This document shows positions 38,356-47,343 of a DNA stretch of 64,000 bases, in pieces. Numbering within the stretch: the first letter of the stretch is position 1; each line of letters starts with the position of its first letter. The notes below the pieces were generated by a model, which saw only the letters and a program-made list of their open reading frames with translations, did not search any database and was not told the DNA's origin. A program made the translations under genes and the position numbers. Source of the stretch: an uncultured Actinomycetes bacterium (lineage in GTDB: Bacteria > Actinomycetota > Acidimicrobiia > IMCC26256 > PALSA-610); NCBI GenBank assembly GCA_963781425.1, contig CAWAGX010000020.1, positions 376,408-440,407 of the forward strand, in the 5' to 3' direction.

Positions 38356-38805
38356 ATGCAGATTCGGATCGAGGGCTCGGAGCTGCCCGGTCGCCGGTGC
38401 CCGCCTGACGTCAACTTTCGCTACGAGAACGTGCACGTGGGCGTCCAACGGCGCGGCAAACCGGATGAGCTCCTCGATCGAATTCCGGGGGATGTCGCGT
38501 CCGCGGTATGGACGTTCGACAGCGACGTCGTACAGGGTGCGGACGGTCCGGACTTCAAGGGGCCGTACATCCAGGGCCGCCCCGGCGACCGGTTCATCTA
38601 TCTCTCGTGGGGCAGCGTCGACGACGCGGGCACGTTCGACATGTTCCGGCGGGCGAAACTGATGCTCGACGCCGTCGCGCCCGCGGTCGTCGAGCAGGCG
38701 CAACGATCGGGACGGCTCGTCGCGCGTCTCGGCCTGAGCGACAACCGGGGCCATCCGTTGTGCGCGGCCGTCCGCCCACCCAAGATCACATGGTCCGCGA
38801 CCTGA
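38356..38805 (+). CDS. DUF5990-like protein
   Basis: ATG 38356, 5 nt after the upstream stop. MQIRIEGSELPGRRC ... NVHVGVQRRGKPDELL ... GPYIQGRPGDRFIYLSWGSVDDAGTFDMFRRAKLMLD ... LCAAVRPPKITWSA matches my memory of DUF5990 proteins. Confidence 0.65.
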   Translation: MQIRIEGSELPGRRCPPDVNFRYENVHVGVQRRGKPDELLDRIPGDVASAVWTFDSDVVQGADGPDFKGPYIQGRPGDRFIYLSWGSVDDAGTFDMFRRAKLMLDAVAPAVVEQAQRSGRLVARLGLSDNRGHPLCAAVRPPKITWSAT

Positions 38806-38827
38806 CGCCTGACCCGCATGGGGTTCG

Positions 38828-40003
38828 TCAGTCGCGGTCGAGGGGTTGGGCGAGGAGCAGCAGGTCGTAGGTGGCCTTCATCACTCCGCCGCAGATCAGC
38901 GGCCAGCCGAAGGACGAGTGCTGGAGCATCAGGCCGGCCAGTGCGGGAGTCGTCGCGCTCGCGAGGCTGCGCGGCACGTTCGTGATGCTCGCGGCCGCGG
39001 CCCGCTCGTCAGGTTCGACCACGCGCATCACCAGGGCCTGACGCACCGGCACGTCCATCTGCGACAGCGCGGCGCGTAACAGGAGGAACGTGATCGCCGC
39101 GGGCGCGCTCGGCACGATGCCCGCGAGGATCAGGAAGACGTTCGCGGGCAAGTGCGTGAACACCATCGTGCGCACCAAGCCGATGCGGCGCGCGATGCGA
39201 GCCGACAGGAGTTGCGAGAACGCGGTCAACGTCCCTGCCGCCGCCAGCGTCGCGCCGGTCGCGGCCGGCGACAGCCCGAACCGCACGTCCAGATAGAGCA
39301 CGAGCAACGACGTCACCGCGAAGCCGCCGCCGGCGGCGTCGAGCGAGAACAACGCCGACAGCCGGATCACGATCGGTCGTGACTTGTGCAGGCCGCGCCG
39401 CGCCGGGCTGATCGCCGCGTGCGTACGCAGCGAGCGGTACACGAGCGCGGATGCCACCGCGACGACGACGTACACGAGGAACGACAGCCGCTCCACCGTC
39501 GCGACGTCCCAGTCGTGCGCGTTGGCCAGTCTCTCCGGCAGCGGTGAGGCGAGCGCGCCCGCCGCCGCGGCGAAGGCCGCCGCGAGGTTGTACACCGCGA
39601 AGCTGTGCGTGCGCGCGTGCCCCTCGGAGAGATCTGCGAGCACTGCTTGCTCGGTCGGGAGGAACAGGCTCACGTCGCCGCCCGAAGGGTTCAGCGTGCC
39701 GACGAATCCCACGACCACGAGCGGCCAGAAGCGCGTGACGGTCGAGAAGCCGAGACCGGTCAGCGCCATCAACGCGCAGGACGCGTACAGGACGCGCTGG
39801 GCGCCCCAGCCATTCAGCCGCAACCCGGCCAGCAGTGTCAGTGCCGCGGAACCGAGCAGTGTCGCGGTGACGATGACACCGATCTGGAACCCGGAAAACC
39901 CGATGTGTTGCAGGTAACGGGCGAGCAGCACCGCGGCGAAGCCGTCGGCGAACGCCCGGATCGCACGCGCGACGATGACGGGACGGGTCGCGCCGGCTGC
40001 CAC
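38828..40003 (-). CDS. MFS transporter
   Basis: Intact 391-codon ORF, about 12 hydrophobic segments, with an MFS-like loop motif. Confidence 0.85.
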   Translation of the reverse strand: MAAGATRPVIVARAIRAFADGFAAVLLARYLQHIGFSGFQIGVIVTATLLGSAALTLLAGLRLNGWGAQRVLYASCALMALTGLGFSTVTRFWPLVVVGFVGTLNPSGGDVSLFLPTEQAVLADLSEGHARTHSFAVYNLAAAFAAAAGALASPLPERLANAHDWDVATVERLSFLVYVVVAVASALVYRSLRTHAAISPARRGLHKSRPIVIRLSALFSLDAAGGGFAVTSLLVLYLDVRFGLSPAATGATLAAAGTLTAFSQLLSARIARRIGLVRTMVFTHLPANVFLILAGIVPSAPAAITFLLLRAALSQMDVPVRQALVMRVVEPDERAAAASITNVPRSLASATTPALAGLMLQHSSFGWPLICGGVMKATYDLLLLAQPLDRD

Positions 40004-40039
40004 ACTGCATGCTAGGTCGCGACCCGGAGCGCTCGGCTG

Positions 40040-41305
40040 CTACTGCGACACCAATTGCGCGCCGAGCGGACGCGTCTCCCACTCGGGACGGCGCGGCATG
40101 GCCGAGCGTCCGTCCGCCGCGCGCACTGCGAGCGTCTGATGGATCTCGTTGCGGCCGGCCTCGAAGTTGTACGCCGACGCGGCCATGTACAGCCGCCACA
40201 CACGAGCGCGGCGCACGCCGACCAGGCCGACGGCGCGATCCCAGTCGGCCTCGAGGTTCGCGACCCACCGGCGGAGCGTCAACGCGTAGTGCTCGCGCAG
40301 GCTCTCGACATGCCGCACCTCGAACTCCGACTCCTGCATCCGCGACACGACGGTGCCGACCTCGTGCAGCTCGCCGTCGGGAAAGACGTACCTGTCGATG
40401 AAACCGCGACGGTGGAAGCGCGAGCTCCGGCCCGGCCGGCGACTGATGCCGTGGTTCAGCACCCGCCCTTCGGGGCGTACGAGCTCGTACAGACGTGAGA
40501 AGTACTCGCCGAGACGCGCCAGGCCGACGTGCTCGAACATGCCGATCGAGCTGATCGCGTCGTACGGGCCGTCGGCCACGTCGCGGTAGTCCTGCACGCG
40601 AATCTCGACCCGGTCGTCGAGCCCGGACCGCTTCACCGCATCGGTCGCGTACTCCGCCTGCCGGCGGGACAACGTCACACCGACCGCCTGCACGCCGTAT
40701 CGCTCGGCCGCGTGCATTGCCATCCCGCCCCACCCGCAACCGACGTCGAGCAGGCGCATGCCGGGCTGTAAGGCGAGCTTGCGGCAGATCAACTCGTACT
40801 TGTTGGTCTGCGCCTCCTCGAGCGTGGCCGTGTCGTCCTCCCACACCGCACACGAGTACGTCATCGAGGGGCCGAGCACGATGCGGTAGAAGTCGTTTGA
40901 CACGTCGTAGTGATGCGCGATCGCAGCCGCGTCACGCGTCGGGCTGTGGCGCCGGCCGTGCAGCCGTGCTTCCTCGGGCGGCACCCGCGGGCGGCGGAAC
41001 CCGCCCGCGCCGGCCAAGCGGGCCATCGCGAGATACGTCCGCCCGTCGAGCTTCACGTCGGGGAGGCGGTCGCGCAGTTGCAGCACGGCGAAGATGTCAC
41101 CCTCGACGTCGAGCGCACCGCTCACGTAGGCCCGGGCGAAGCCGATCTCGCCGGGTGCGGTGAGGATGTACGCGAGCGCGTCGGGTGAACGGAGGACGAG
41201 ACGGGTACCCGCGGCGACCGGGCCCACCGAGCTGCCGTCGTAACAGTCGACGCGCAAGGGGAGGTCGGCGCCGAGCAGCTGGGACACGAGGTCGGCGATG
41301 CGCAT
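40040..41305 (-). CDS. cyclopropane-fatty-acyl-phospholipid synthase family SAM-dependent methyltransferase
   Basis: ATG 41305 inside ORF 40040..41425. HYDVSNDFYRIVLGPSMTYSCAVW, the SAM motif RLLDVGCGWGGMAMHAA, and ISSIGMFEHVG. Confidence 0.88.
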   Translation of the reverse strand: MRIADLVSQLLGADLPLRVDCYDGSSVGPVAAGTRLVLRSPDALAYILTAPGEIGFARAYVSGALDVEGDIFAVLQLRDRLPDVKLDGRTYLAMARLAGAGGFRRPRVPPEEARLHGRRHSPTRDAAAIAHHYDVSNDFYRIVLGPSMTYSCAVWEDDTATLEEAQTNKYELICRKLALQPGMRLLDVGCGWGGMAMHAAERYGVQAVGVTLSRRQAEYATDAVKRSGLDDRVEIRVQDYRDVADGPYDAISSIGMFEHVGLARLGEYFSRLYELVRPEGRVLNHGISRRPGRSSRFHRRGFIDRYVFPDGELHEVGTVVSRMQESEFEVRHVESLREHYALTLRRWVANLEADWDRAVGLVGVRRARVWRLYMAASAYNFEAGRNEIHQTLAVRAADGRSAMPRRPEWETRPLGAQLVSQ

Positions 41306-41340
41306 GTGGAATTCAGTAGTCCATTCGTGCGGCGGAGTAA

Positions 41341-42123
41341 ATGGGTCAGAATCGAGATGTGCTCGACGTCGAGGCCTACGAACGCGACGGCTTCTCGGTG
41401 CTGCGGAAGTTCGCATCGCGGGCAACGGCGGATCAATTGCACGACGCAGCTGTCGAGCTCGCCCGGCGGCATGCCGCTGACGGCGGACTCGGCGCCCCGA
41501 CCTTCGTCACGCCCGAGCAGAACCTCGCGCATCTCGACGTGCCGCGACCCGAAGATGCCGCATCGAAGGTGTTTCGCATCCACCACCTTGCGCCGTTTCA
41601 CGAGTTCGCAACGCGCGAGGCGCTGCTCGACCTGGTCGGTGTGCTCCTCGGCGCCGACGAGATCGACTGCTTCTTGTCGCAGTTCATCTTCAAGAGCCCG
41701 GGCGCCTGGGGCCAGCCCTGCCACCAGGACTCGTTCTACTTCCCGTTCACGCCGGCGCGTCCCGTCGTCGGCGCATGGCTCGCGGCGACCGAAGCGACCG
41801 TGGTGAACGGTTGCCTGTACGTCGTGCCGGGCAGCCATCGGGAGCCGGTGCACACGCACGTGCCGGATGCCCGGCCCGACGCAAACCTCGGCTACTACGA
41901 GATCGTCGATCACGACCTGTCGAGTGCCGTGGCGGTCGAGATGGAGCCGGGCGACCTGCTGCTGTTCGACAGCCATCTCATGCACTTCTCGACCGACAAC
42001 CGGTCGGCCCGCCGCCGCGCCACGATGGTGTACCACTACGCGCGCGCCGGCACCGTCGACCACACCGTCGAAACCCGCGGCTACTCGATCAACGACTGGA
42101 TGCCGGTCCGCCGAAACGGGTGA
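41341..42123 (+). CDS. phytanoyl-CoA dioxygenase (PhyH) family Fe(II)/2-oxoglutarate oxygenase
   Basis: ATG 41341 after GGCGGAG. WGQPCHQDSFYF (HxD), LYVVPGSHRE, and LLLFDSHLMHFSTDNRS (distal His and Arg). Confidence 0.85.
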   Translation: MGQNRDVLDVEAYERDGFSVLRKFASRATADQLHDAAVELARRHAADGGLGAPTFVTPEQNLAHLDVPRPEDAASKVFRIHHLAPFHEFATREALLDLVGVLLGADEIDCFLSQFIFKSPGAWGQPCHQDSFYFPFTPARPVVGAWLAATEATVVNGCLYVVPGSHREPVHTHVPDARPDANLGYYEIVDHDLSSAVAVEMEPGDLLLFDSHLMHFSTDNRSARRRATMVYHYARAGTVDHTVETRGYSINDWMPVRRNG

Positions 42124-42132
42124 GCGGGTGTG

Positions 42133-42764
42133 TCAGGTGAGGGCGCTCGGCACGAACGAAGCGTCGAGCGTATGGAACAGCTTGTCGGTCCCGGTCTTGG
42201 CGTGCACGAACAACACGTACAGACGCGACCCCGCGAGCATGACCAGCGCCCGTGCCGAGTAGCCGTCGGGAGTCTCGAGCTACGCCGTGACGGGCCGCGC
42301 CGACTTCGTGCGCGTGGTCACGACCGGTGGTGCGGGCGGCCGCCAGTCGCCCCGGGGCGGCAGAGGATTCATCGCGGCCGGTGGGCCGCTGAAAGATGAC
42401 GACACGGGCGGGGCGACGGGGGGCGGCGCGCTCGGAAGCCGGTCGCGCCAGCTGCTTCCGATGACCGGCTCCGGGGCAGGCGCGCGCGCAGCCGGCGCGG
42501 CTGCGGTTCCTCCGGGCGCGGCGCGGGGGCGGTTCCTCCGGGCGCGGCGGCGGGGGCGCTGGGCGCAGCGGCAGGGGCGCTCGTCCTTGCCGCGGTCACG
42601 GCCGGCAGCGCCGCCCCACAGTGATTACAGGTCTCACCGTCTCCGAAGAGCAGGTATTCGCACGACGCGCATTTGCGCACGACATGGGGTATCGGTCCAT
42701 TTCCGAGGAGCTTCAAGCCCGAGGACTGGCGGCCGCGCCCGAGCAACGCGCTTGACTGAATCAT
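42133..42764 (-). pseudogene. zinc-ribbon protein with Pro/Ala-rich linker and conserved-looking C-terminal domain, at least two frame disruptions
   Basis: ATG 42764: CASCEYLLFGDGETCNHCGA, then a PAAAP-rich linker (ORF 42369..42764). Downstream, a different frame reads LETPDGYSARALVMLAGSRLYVLFVHAKTGTDKLFHTLDASFVPSALT-TGA (42133-42135), preceded by an in-frame TAG. Confidence 0.45.
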
Positions 42765-42780
42765 TCATTCATTTAATACT
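42752..42780 (+). promoter_or_regulatory. sigma-70-like promoter for a probably leaderless tetR-family transcript
   Basis: TTGACT (42752-42757), 16 nt, TAATAC (42774-42779). The GTG start at 42787 lies 7-8 nt after the -10 element. This is the only AT-rich patch in the region and contains TCATTCATTCATT. Confidence 0.45.
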
Positions 42781-42786
42781 CCGGCC

Positions 42787-43476
42787 GTGGCACGCACCCG
42801 GGCACCCGGCCGGCTCCAGGACATCCTCGACGCCGCCCGCGACGTGTTCTCGACCGTCGGCTATCGGAGGGCGCGGATGCAAGACGTCGCCCAGGCCGCC
42901 GGCGTGTCGCCCGGACTCCTCTATACGTACGCCGCGGGCAAAGAGGCCCTGTTCTCGCTCGTGATCCAGCGCGAAGGCGGCGTCGACGTCGACGCACTCG
43001 CGTTACCGGTCCCGAATCCCGATACGCAAGACCTCGAAGCGGTCGTGGAGCGGGTCCTGCGCGCGGCGATGAAGGCGCCGAGCCTCCAGGTGGCCGAGCG
43101 CACGCCGCTCCCGACCGACGCCCGGGCCGAGCTGGGCGCGATCGTCGCCGAGCTCTACGACCGCATCAGTCACACCCGCCGGCTGCTGCGGCTCGTCGAG
43201 CGCACGGCACTGGACTGGCCCGAGCTCGCCGACCATTTCTACAACCGCGGCCGTCGACCGTTCGTGCAGCGCCTCGGACGGTACATCGCGCGTCGCACCC
43301 GATCAGGAGACTTCCGATCAGTACCAGACCCAGAAGTGGCAGCCCGCTTCGTCCTCGAGAGCGCGTCGTGGTTCGCGAACCATCGTTACGGCGATCACGA
43401 CGGCGCGACGATCGACGACGACATCGCGCGCACGACGGTCATCGAGCTCGTCACGAACAGCCTCGTCGCGCCATGA
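42787..43476 (+). CDS. TetR/AcrR family transcriptional regulator
   Basis: Intact 229-codon ORF with an N-terminal HTH (ILDAARDVFSTVGYRRARMQDVAQAAGVSPGLLYTYAAGKEALF). Confidence 0.9.
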   Translation: MARTRAPGRLQDILDAARDVFSTVGYRRARMQDVAQAAGVSPGLLYTYAAGKEALFSLVIQREGGVDVDALALPVPNPDTQDLEAVVERVLRAAMKAPSLQVAERTPLPTDARAELGAIVAELYDRISHTRRLLRLVERTALDWPELADHFYNRGRRPFVQRLGRYIARRTRSGDFRSVPDPEVAARFVLESASWFANHRYGDHDGATIDDDIARTTVIELVTNSLVAP

Positions 43477-44877
43477 CGCCGGTCGCGGTCATCGCCGCCG
43501 TGACCGCCGCGTTCCATCTCGCGACCCGCGAACATCTACGGGTACCACCGGGACGAGTTCTATTACCTCGCGCAAGGACGACGACTGGCATGGGGCTACG
43601 TCGACAACCCGCCGGTCACGCCGTTCCTGTACCGGGCCGGCGAGACGCTGTTCGGCACGAGTCGCCTCGGCCTCGCGGTGATCCCCGCGCTCTTGCACGC
43701 GGCGCTCGTCATACTCACCGCGCTCATTGCCCGCGAGCTCGGCGGGAACACGCGGGCCCAGCTCCTCGGCGCCCTCGGCGCCGCGCTCGCGCCGATCTTC
43801 GTCACAACGGGTCACTTCCTCGGCACGGTCACGCCGGAGGTCGTGGCCGGCGCCGCCGTCACGCTCTTCGTCGTGAGAGTGCTGCACACAGGTGACCCCC
43901 GATGGTGGGTGGCCGCTGGTGCCGCGCTCGGCGTCGGCGCCCTCGACCACTGGACGATCGGCACCTTCGCGATCGCACTCGTGATCGGCTTGCTCCTGAC
44001 GCCACAGCGCGACCTGCTGCTCTCACGCTGGGCGGTGCTCGGCGCGGTCGTCGCCGCCGTCATCGTGGCGCCGAATGTCTGGTGGCAGGCGAACCACGAC
44101 TGGCCGCAGCTCACGTTCGCGAAGCAACTGCGCGACTACGGCACGTTGCCGAAGGTCCTGCCGGCACAATTCCTCATCCTCGGCGGCGCGTCGGTACTTC
44201 TCGCGCTCCCCGGCTTGTTGTGGCTCCTCCGCAACGAGACCGCGCGCCCGTTCCGCAGCCTCGGTATCGCGTTCATCCTCACGCTTGCGTTCGTGATGCT
44301 CAGCGGCGGCAAGGAGTACTACACCGGCGCCGCCCTGCCGCTGCTCCTCGGGGCGGGGGGTGTCGCGTTCGCGCACTCGTCGGGATGGGCGCGGCCTGCA
44401 TGGATCGTCGGCATCGGGCTCGCGATGCTGCCGTTCTCGACGCCGCTCCTGCCGCTGTCCACGGCGAACACGGTCCGAGCGCTCAACAAAGAGATCGGCG
44501 AGATGGTCGGCTGGGAGCATCTCGTCGACACCGTCGTGCCGATCGCCGCGGAGCATCCCGACGCCCCGATCCTCACCCGGAACTACTCCGAGGCCGGCGC
44601 GCTCGAATTGCTCGGCGATCTGGACGGTGCACACCGCCCGATCAGCGGCCATCTCAACTACTGGTACTGGGGACACCCGCACGGCTTCTCGGACGAGACG
44701 ATCGCCGTGGGTTACGAGCGCGACCAGCTCGAACGCTTCTTCGCCGACGTGCAACCGGTCGCAACGATCCGCACCCCGCACGGCGTGCACAACGAGGAGG
44801 ACGGCGCGGTGGTGTGGATCTGCCGCCGTCAGCGCGCCGACTGGGACGCGCTCTGGCCGCAACTGCGGACGTACTAG
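43473..44877 (+). pseudogene. ArnT/PMT-like (GT39/GT83-type) membrane glycosyltransferase, one frameshift
   Basis: ATG 43473 overlaps the tetR stop (ATGA). After MTPVAVIAAVTAAFHLA the frame must shift near 43525 to read NIYGYHRDEFYYLAQGRRLAWGYVDNPPVTPFL and join ORF 43678..44877, which has many TM helices. Confidence 0.75.
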
Positions 44878-44964
44878 CGGCGCCGACGTGCGCGTCCAGG
44901 ACTGCGGCGGGGTCGTCCGGCGAAGTTTGCGTGGCGCGAGGGGCTTTCTTAGCGTCCGCGCCCC

Positions 44965-46309
44965 GTGTGCCGAGACCGGCGCGGACGCGCGCTCCTCATG
45001 CTCGGGATCGTTTGTGTCCTGCTGAGTGCGCTCGTCGCGACTGCGGCGGGCGCGTCGGCGTCGACCGCGCCCTCGATCGCCGCCGCCGTCACGCCGAACG
45101 GCAAGGGCTACTGGATCGTTCAGACCGACGGCACCGTCACCGTGTTCGGAAACGCGAAACGGAAGCACGGTGCGGGCGCACCGGACGCGGTGGGGATCGC
45201 GCCGACCCCCAGCGGCAAGGGTTACTGGATCGCGACTCGCGCCGGCAATGTGATCGCCTACGGCGATGCGAAGTTCTACGGCACGCTCGCGTTCCTGCAG
45301 CTCGCGGCGCCGGTGGTCGGGATTGCCGCGACGAAGTCGGGAAAGGGCTACTGGCTGGTCGCGTCCGATGGCGGCATCTTCGCGTTCGGCGACGCGCGGT
45401 TCCACGGCTCGACCGGCGGCATGCGGCTCGCGGCCCCGGTCGTCGGCATGGCGCGCGCACCGGCCGGGCACGGCTACTGGCTCGTCGCGTCGGACGGCGG
45501 CGTGTTCACCTTCGGCAGCGCCCGCTTCTACGGCTCGAGGGGAGGTATGCGGCTCGACGCACCCGTCGACGGGATCACCGCGACCCGCTCGGGCCACGGC
45601 TACCGGCTCGTCGCCCGCGATGGCGGCGTGTTCGCGTTCGGCAAGGCACACTTCTACGGCTCGATGGGCGGCCGGCCGCTGAATGCGCCGGTCGTGCAGC
45701 TCGCCATCACGCGCAACGGCCGCGGCTATTGGGAATTCGCTGCTCGACGGTGGCGTGTTCTCGTTCGGGAACGCACACTTCTACGGTTCCACGCCCCATG
45801 AGGTCGTCGGCCCGGTGGGTGAACGCGACTTCGTGTTCCCGTTCCAGGATCACGCAGCAACGGCTCCACCGTCGGCCTGGGTCGAGGACCAGGGCGTCGA
45901 CGTGTTCCTCCGGAATCGCGGCGCCGACGCGTGCGGGTCGATCTCACAGCCGTCACAGCGCGACGGCCCGGTGCTCGTCGCGGTTGCGTCCGGCACGATC
46001 GCCGGCGCCGGCATCGACGGCTTCGGCCCGTCCGCACCGATCCTGCACGTCGAGCAGGGAGCGCTCGCCGGCATCTACGTGTACTACGGCCACACGAGCG
46101 GCAACCTCGAGCCGGTCGGCGCGCACGTCACGCAGGGACAGCCCATCACGCACATCGGCTGCGGCATCGTCGGCATCTCGGACGAGCCGCACGTCGAGAT
46201 CGGGATGTCACCGAGCTATCCCGGTGTGCCACCCTGCGGTCCGGGCTGTCACAGCTCGTCGACCTCGAGCGCGATGTTCCAATGGTTGCTCTCGACCTAC
46301 GGCCACTGA
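44965..46309 (+). pseudogene. secreted protein with six ~42-aa GYWLVASDGGVFxFG repeats and a C-terminal possible LytM/M23-like domain, one frameshift
   Basis: Signal peptide RALLMLGIVCVLLSALVATAAGASA. Repeats lie in ORF 44965..45801. The frame switches near 45735 into ORF 45683..46309 (DQGVDVFL ... YVYYGHTSGN ... DEPHVEIGMSP). Confidence 0.7.
45091..45790 (+). repeat. six tandem ~126-nt coding repeats (propeller-blade-like)
   Basis: Units TPNGKGYWIVQTDGTVTVFGNAK, TPSGKGYWIATRAGNVIAYGDAKFYG, TKSGKGYWLVASDGGIFAFGDARFHGS, APAGHGYWLVASDGGVFTFGSARFYGS, TRSGHGYRLVARDGGVFAFGKAHFYGS, TRNGRGYWE..LLDGGVFSFGNAHFYGS. Confidence 0.85.
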
Positions 46310-46311
46310 AG

Positions 46312-46366
46312 CCAGTTCTTGCGACGAACGACGACAAATGTTGTCGCCGTGTGTCGCAAGAACTAG
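46312..46366. repeat. 55-nt nested palindromic element, copy B
   Basis: CCAGTTCTTGCGACGAACGACGACAAATGTTGTCGCCGTGTGTCGCAAGAACTAG. It starts 3 nt after the stop at 46307-46309 and ends 13 nt before ATG 46379. Same length and architecture as copy A at 4843..4897. Confidence 0.8.
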
Positions 46367-46378
46367 AACACGTCCTCT

Positions 46379-46870
46379 ATGGCGCATGAGCGGGCCGAGG
46401 TGCAGGCGGCGATCGAGCGGTACATCACCGTGCGCGACGAGATCAACGCCGGCCAGCTGACCTGGAGCGCCCTTGCGCAGTTCTTCACCGACGACGCCGT
46501 GTTCATCGATCCCGCGTGGGGCCGGGTGCAAGGGATCGAGGAGATGAAGCGCACGGTCTTCGGCGAGGCGATGGCGGGCCTCGAGGACTGGCAGTTCCCC
46601 ACCGAGTTCTACGCGATCGACGGCGACAACGTGGTCGTGAAGTGGCAGCAGATCCTGCCCGGCCGGCGCGCCGACGGCACGCGATACATGCAGTCGGGCT
46701 ACTCGACGCTGATCTACGCCGGAGACGGCAAGTTCTGTTACGAGGAGGACCTGCTGAACATGACCCACTTCTTCGAGGACATGCGGGAGAGTGGCTGGAC
46801 GCCTCCCGCGAACATGGGCATGCCTCCCCGGCATCCGAACCGCGACTTCTCGCGACCGGCCGGGCGGTAG
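46379..46870 (+). CDS. NTF2-like (SnoaL-type) family protein
   Basis: Intact 163-codon ORF. VQAAIERYITVRDEINAGQLTWSALAQFFTDDAVFIDPAWGRVQGIEEM is typical of the SnoaL/NTF2 fold. Confidence 0.7.
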   Translation: MAHERAEVQAAIERYITVRDEINAGQLTWSALAQFFTDDAVFIDPAWGRVQGIEEMKRTVFGEAMAGLEDWQFPTEFYAIDGDNVVVKWQQILPGRRADGTRYMQSGYSTLIYAGDGKFCYEEDLLNMTHFFEDMRESGWTPPANMGMPPRHPNRDFSRPAGR

Positions 46871-46875
46871 TGCCG

Positions 46876-47343
46876 ATGCGAGACGAAGTACAGGACACCG
46901 TCGACTACATCTCGATCACGCGCTTGCACTCGGTGTACGCCGATACGATCAATCGCCGCGCGTGGGCGGAGCTCAAGGACATGTTCCTGCCGGACTCGTC
47001 GGTCCATGTCGACATGGTGTCGAAACCGGCGATCGACCTGGTCGGCCCCACCGAGCTCGGAACGTTCATCGAAAACGCGATCGAACGATTCTCGTTCTTC
47101 GAGTTCATCGTGCTCAACGCGCGCGTCGACCTCACGGGATCCGACGCCGAGGAGGCGCGGGCGCGGGCGTTCATGTGCGAGGTCAGGCAAGAGCGCGACA
47201 CGGGCGAGTTCACACGCGCGTTCGGCGTCTACCAGGACCGATACCGCCACGATCGCGGCCGTTGGTGGTACGCGCAGCGGCGCTATCAGTCGCTGGCGCG
47301 CAGCGGCGGCGAGGTCTTCCCCTTCCCGGAGGTGGAGTGGTGA
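46876..47343 (+). CDS. NTF2-like (SnoaL_4-type) family protein
   Basis: ATG 46876, 6 nt after the upstream stop, in the frame of ORF 46516..47343. ISITRLHSVYADTINRRAWAELKDMF ... FFEFIVLNARVDL ... YQDRYRHDRGRWWYAQRRY. Confidence 0.65.
   Translation: MRDEVQDTVDYISITRLHSVYADTINRRAWAELKDMFLPDSSVHVDMVSKPAIDLVGPTELGTFIENAIERFSFFEFIVLNARVDLTGSDAEEARARAFMCEVRQERDTGEFTRAFGVYQDRYRHDRGRWWYAQRRYQSLARSGGEVFPFPEVEW

Noticed and set aside
39009-40853. 614-codon minus-strand ORF overlapping the MFS transporter and CFA synthase genes
   Set aside because: It is an out-of-frame read-through of two real minus-strand genes. It is Arg-rich, has no motifs, and crosses their intergenic gap.
43902-46460. 852-codon plus-strand ORF spanning the glycosyltransferase and repeat-protein genes
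   Set aside because: It is an Arg/Pro/Ala-rich nonsense translation. The same DNA is explained in other frames by a GT39-like membrane protein and the GYWLV-repeat protein.
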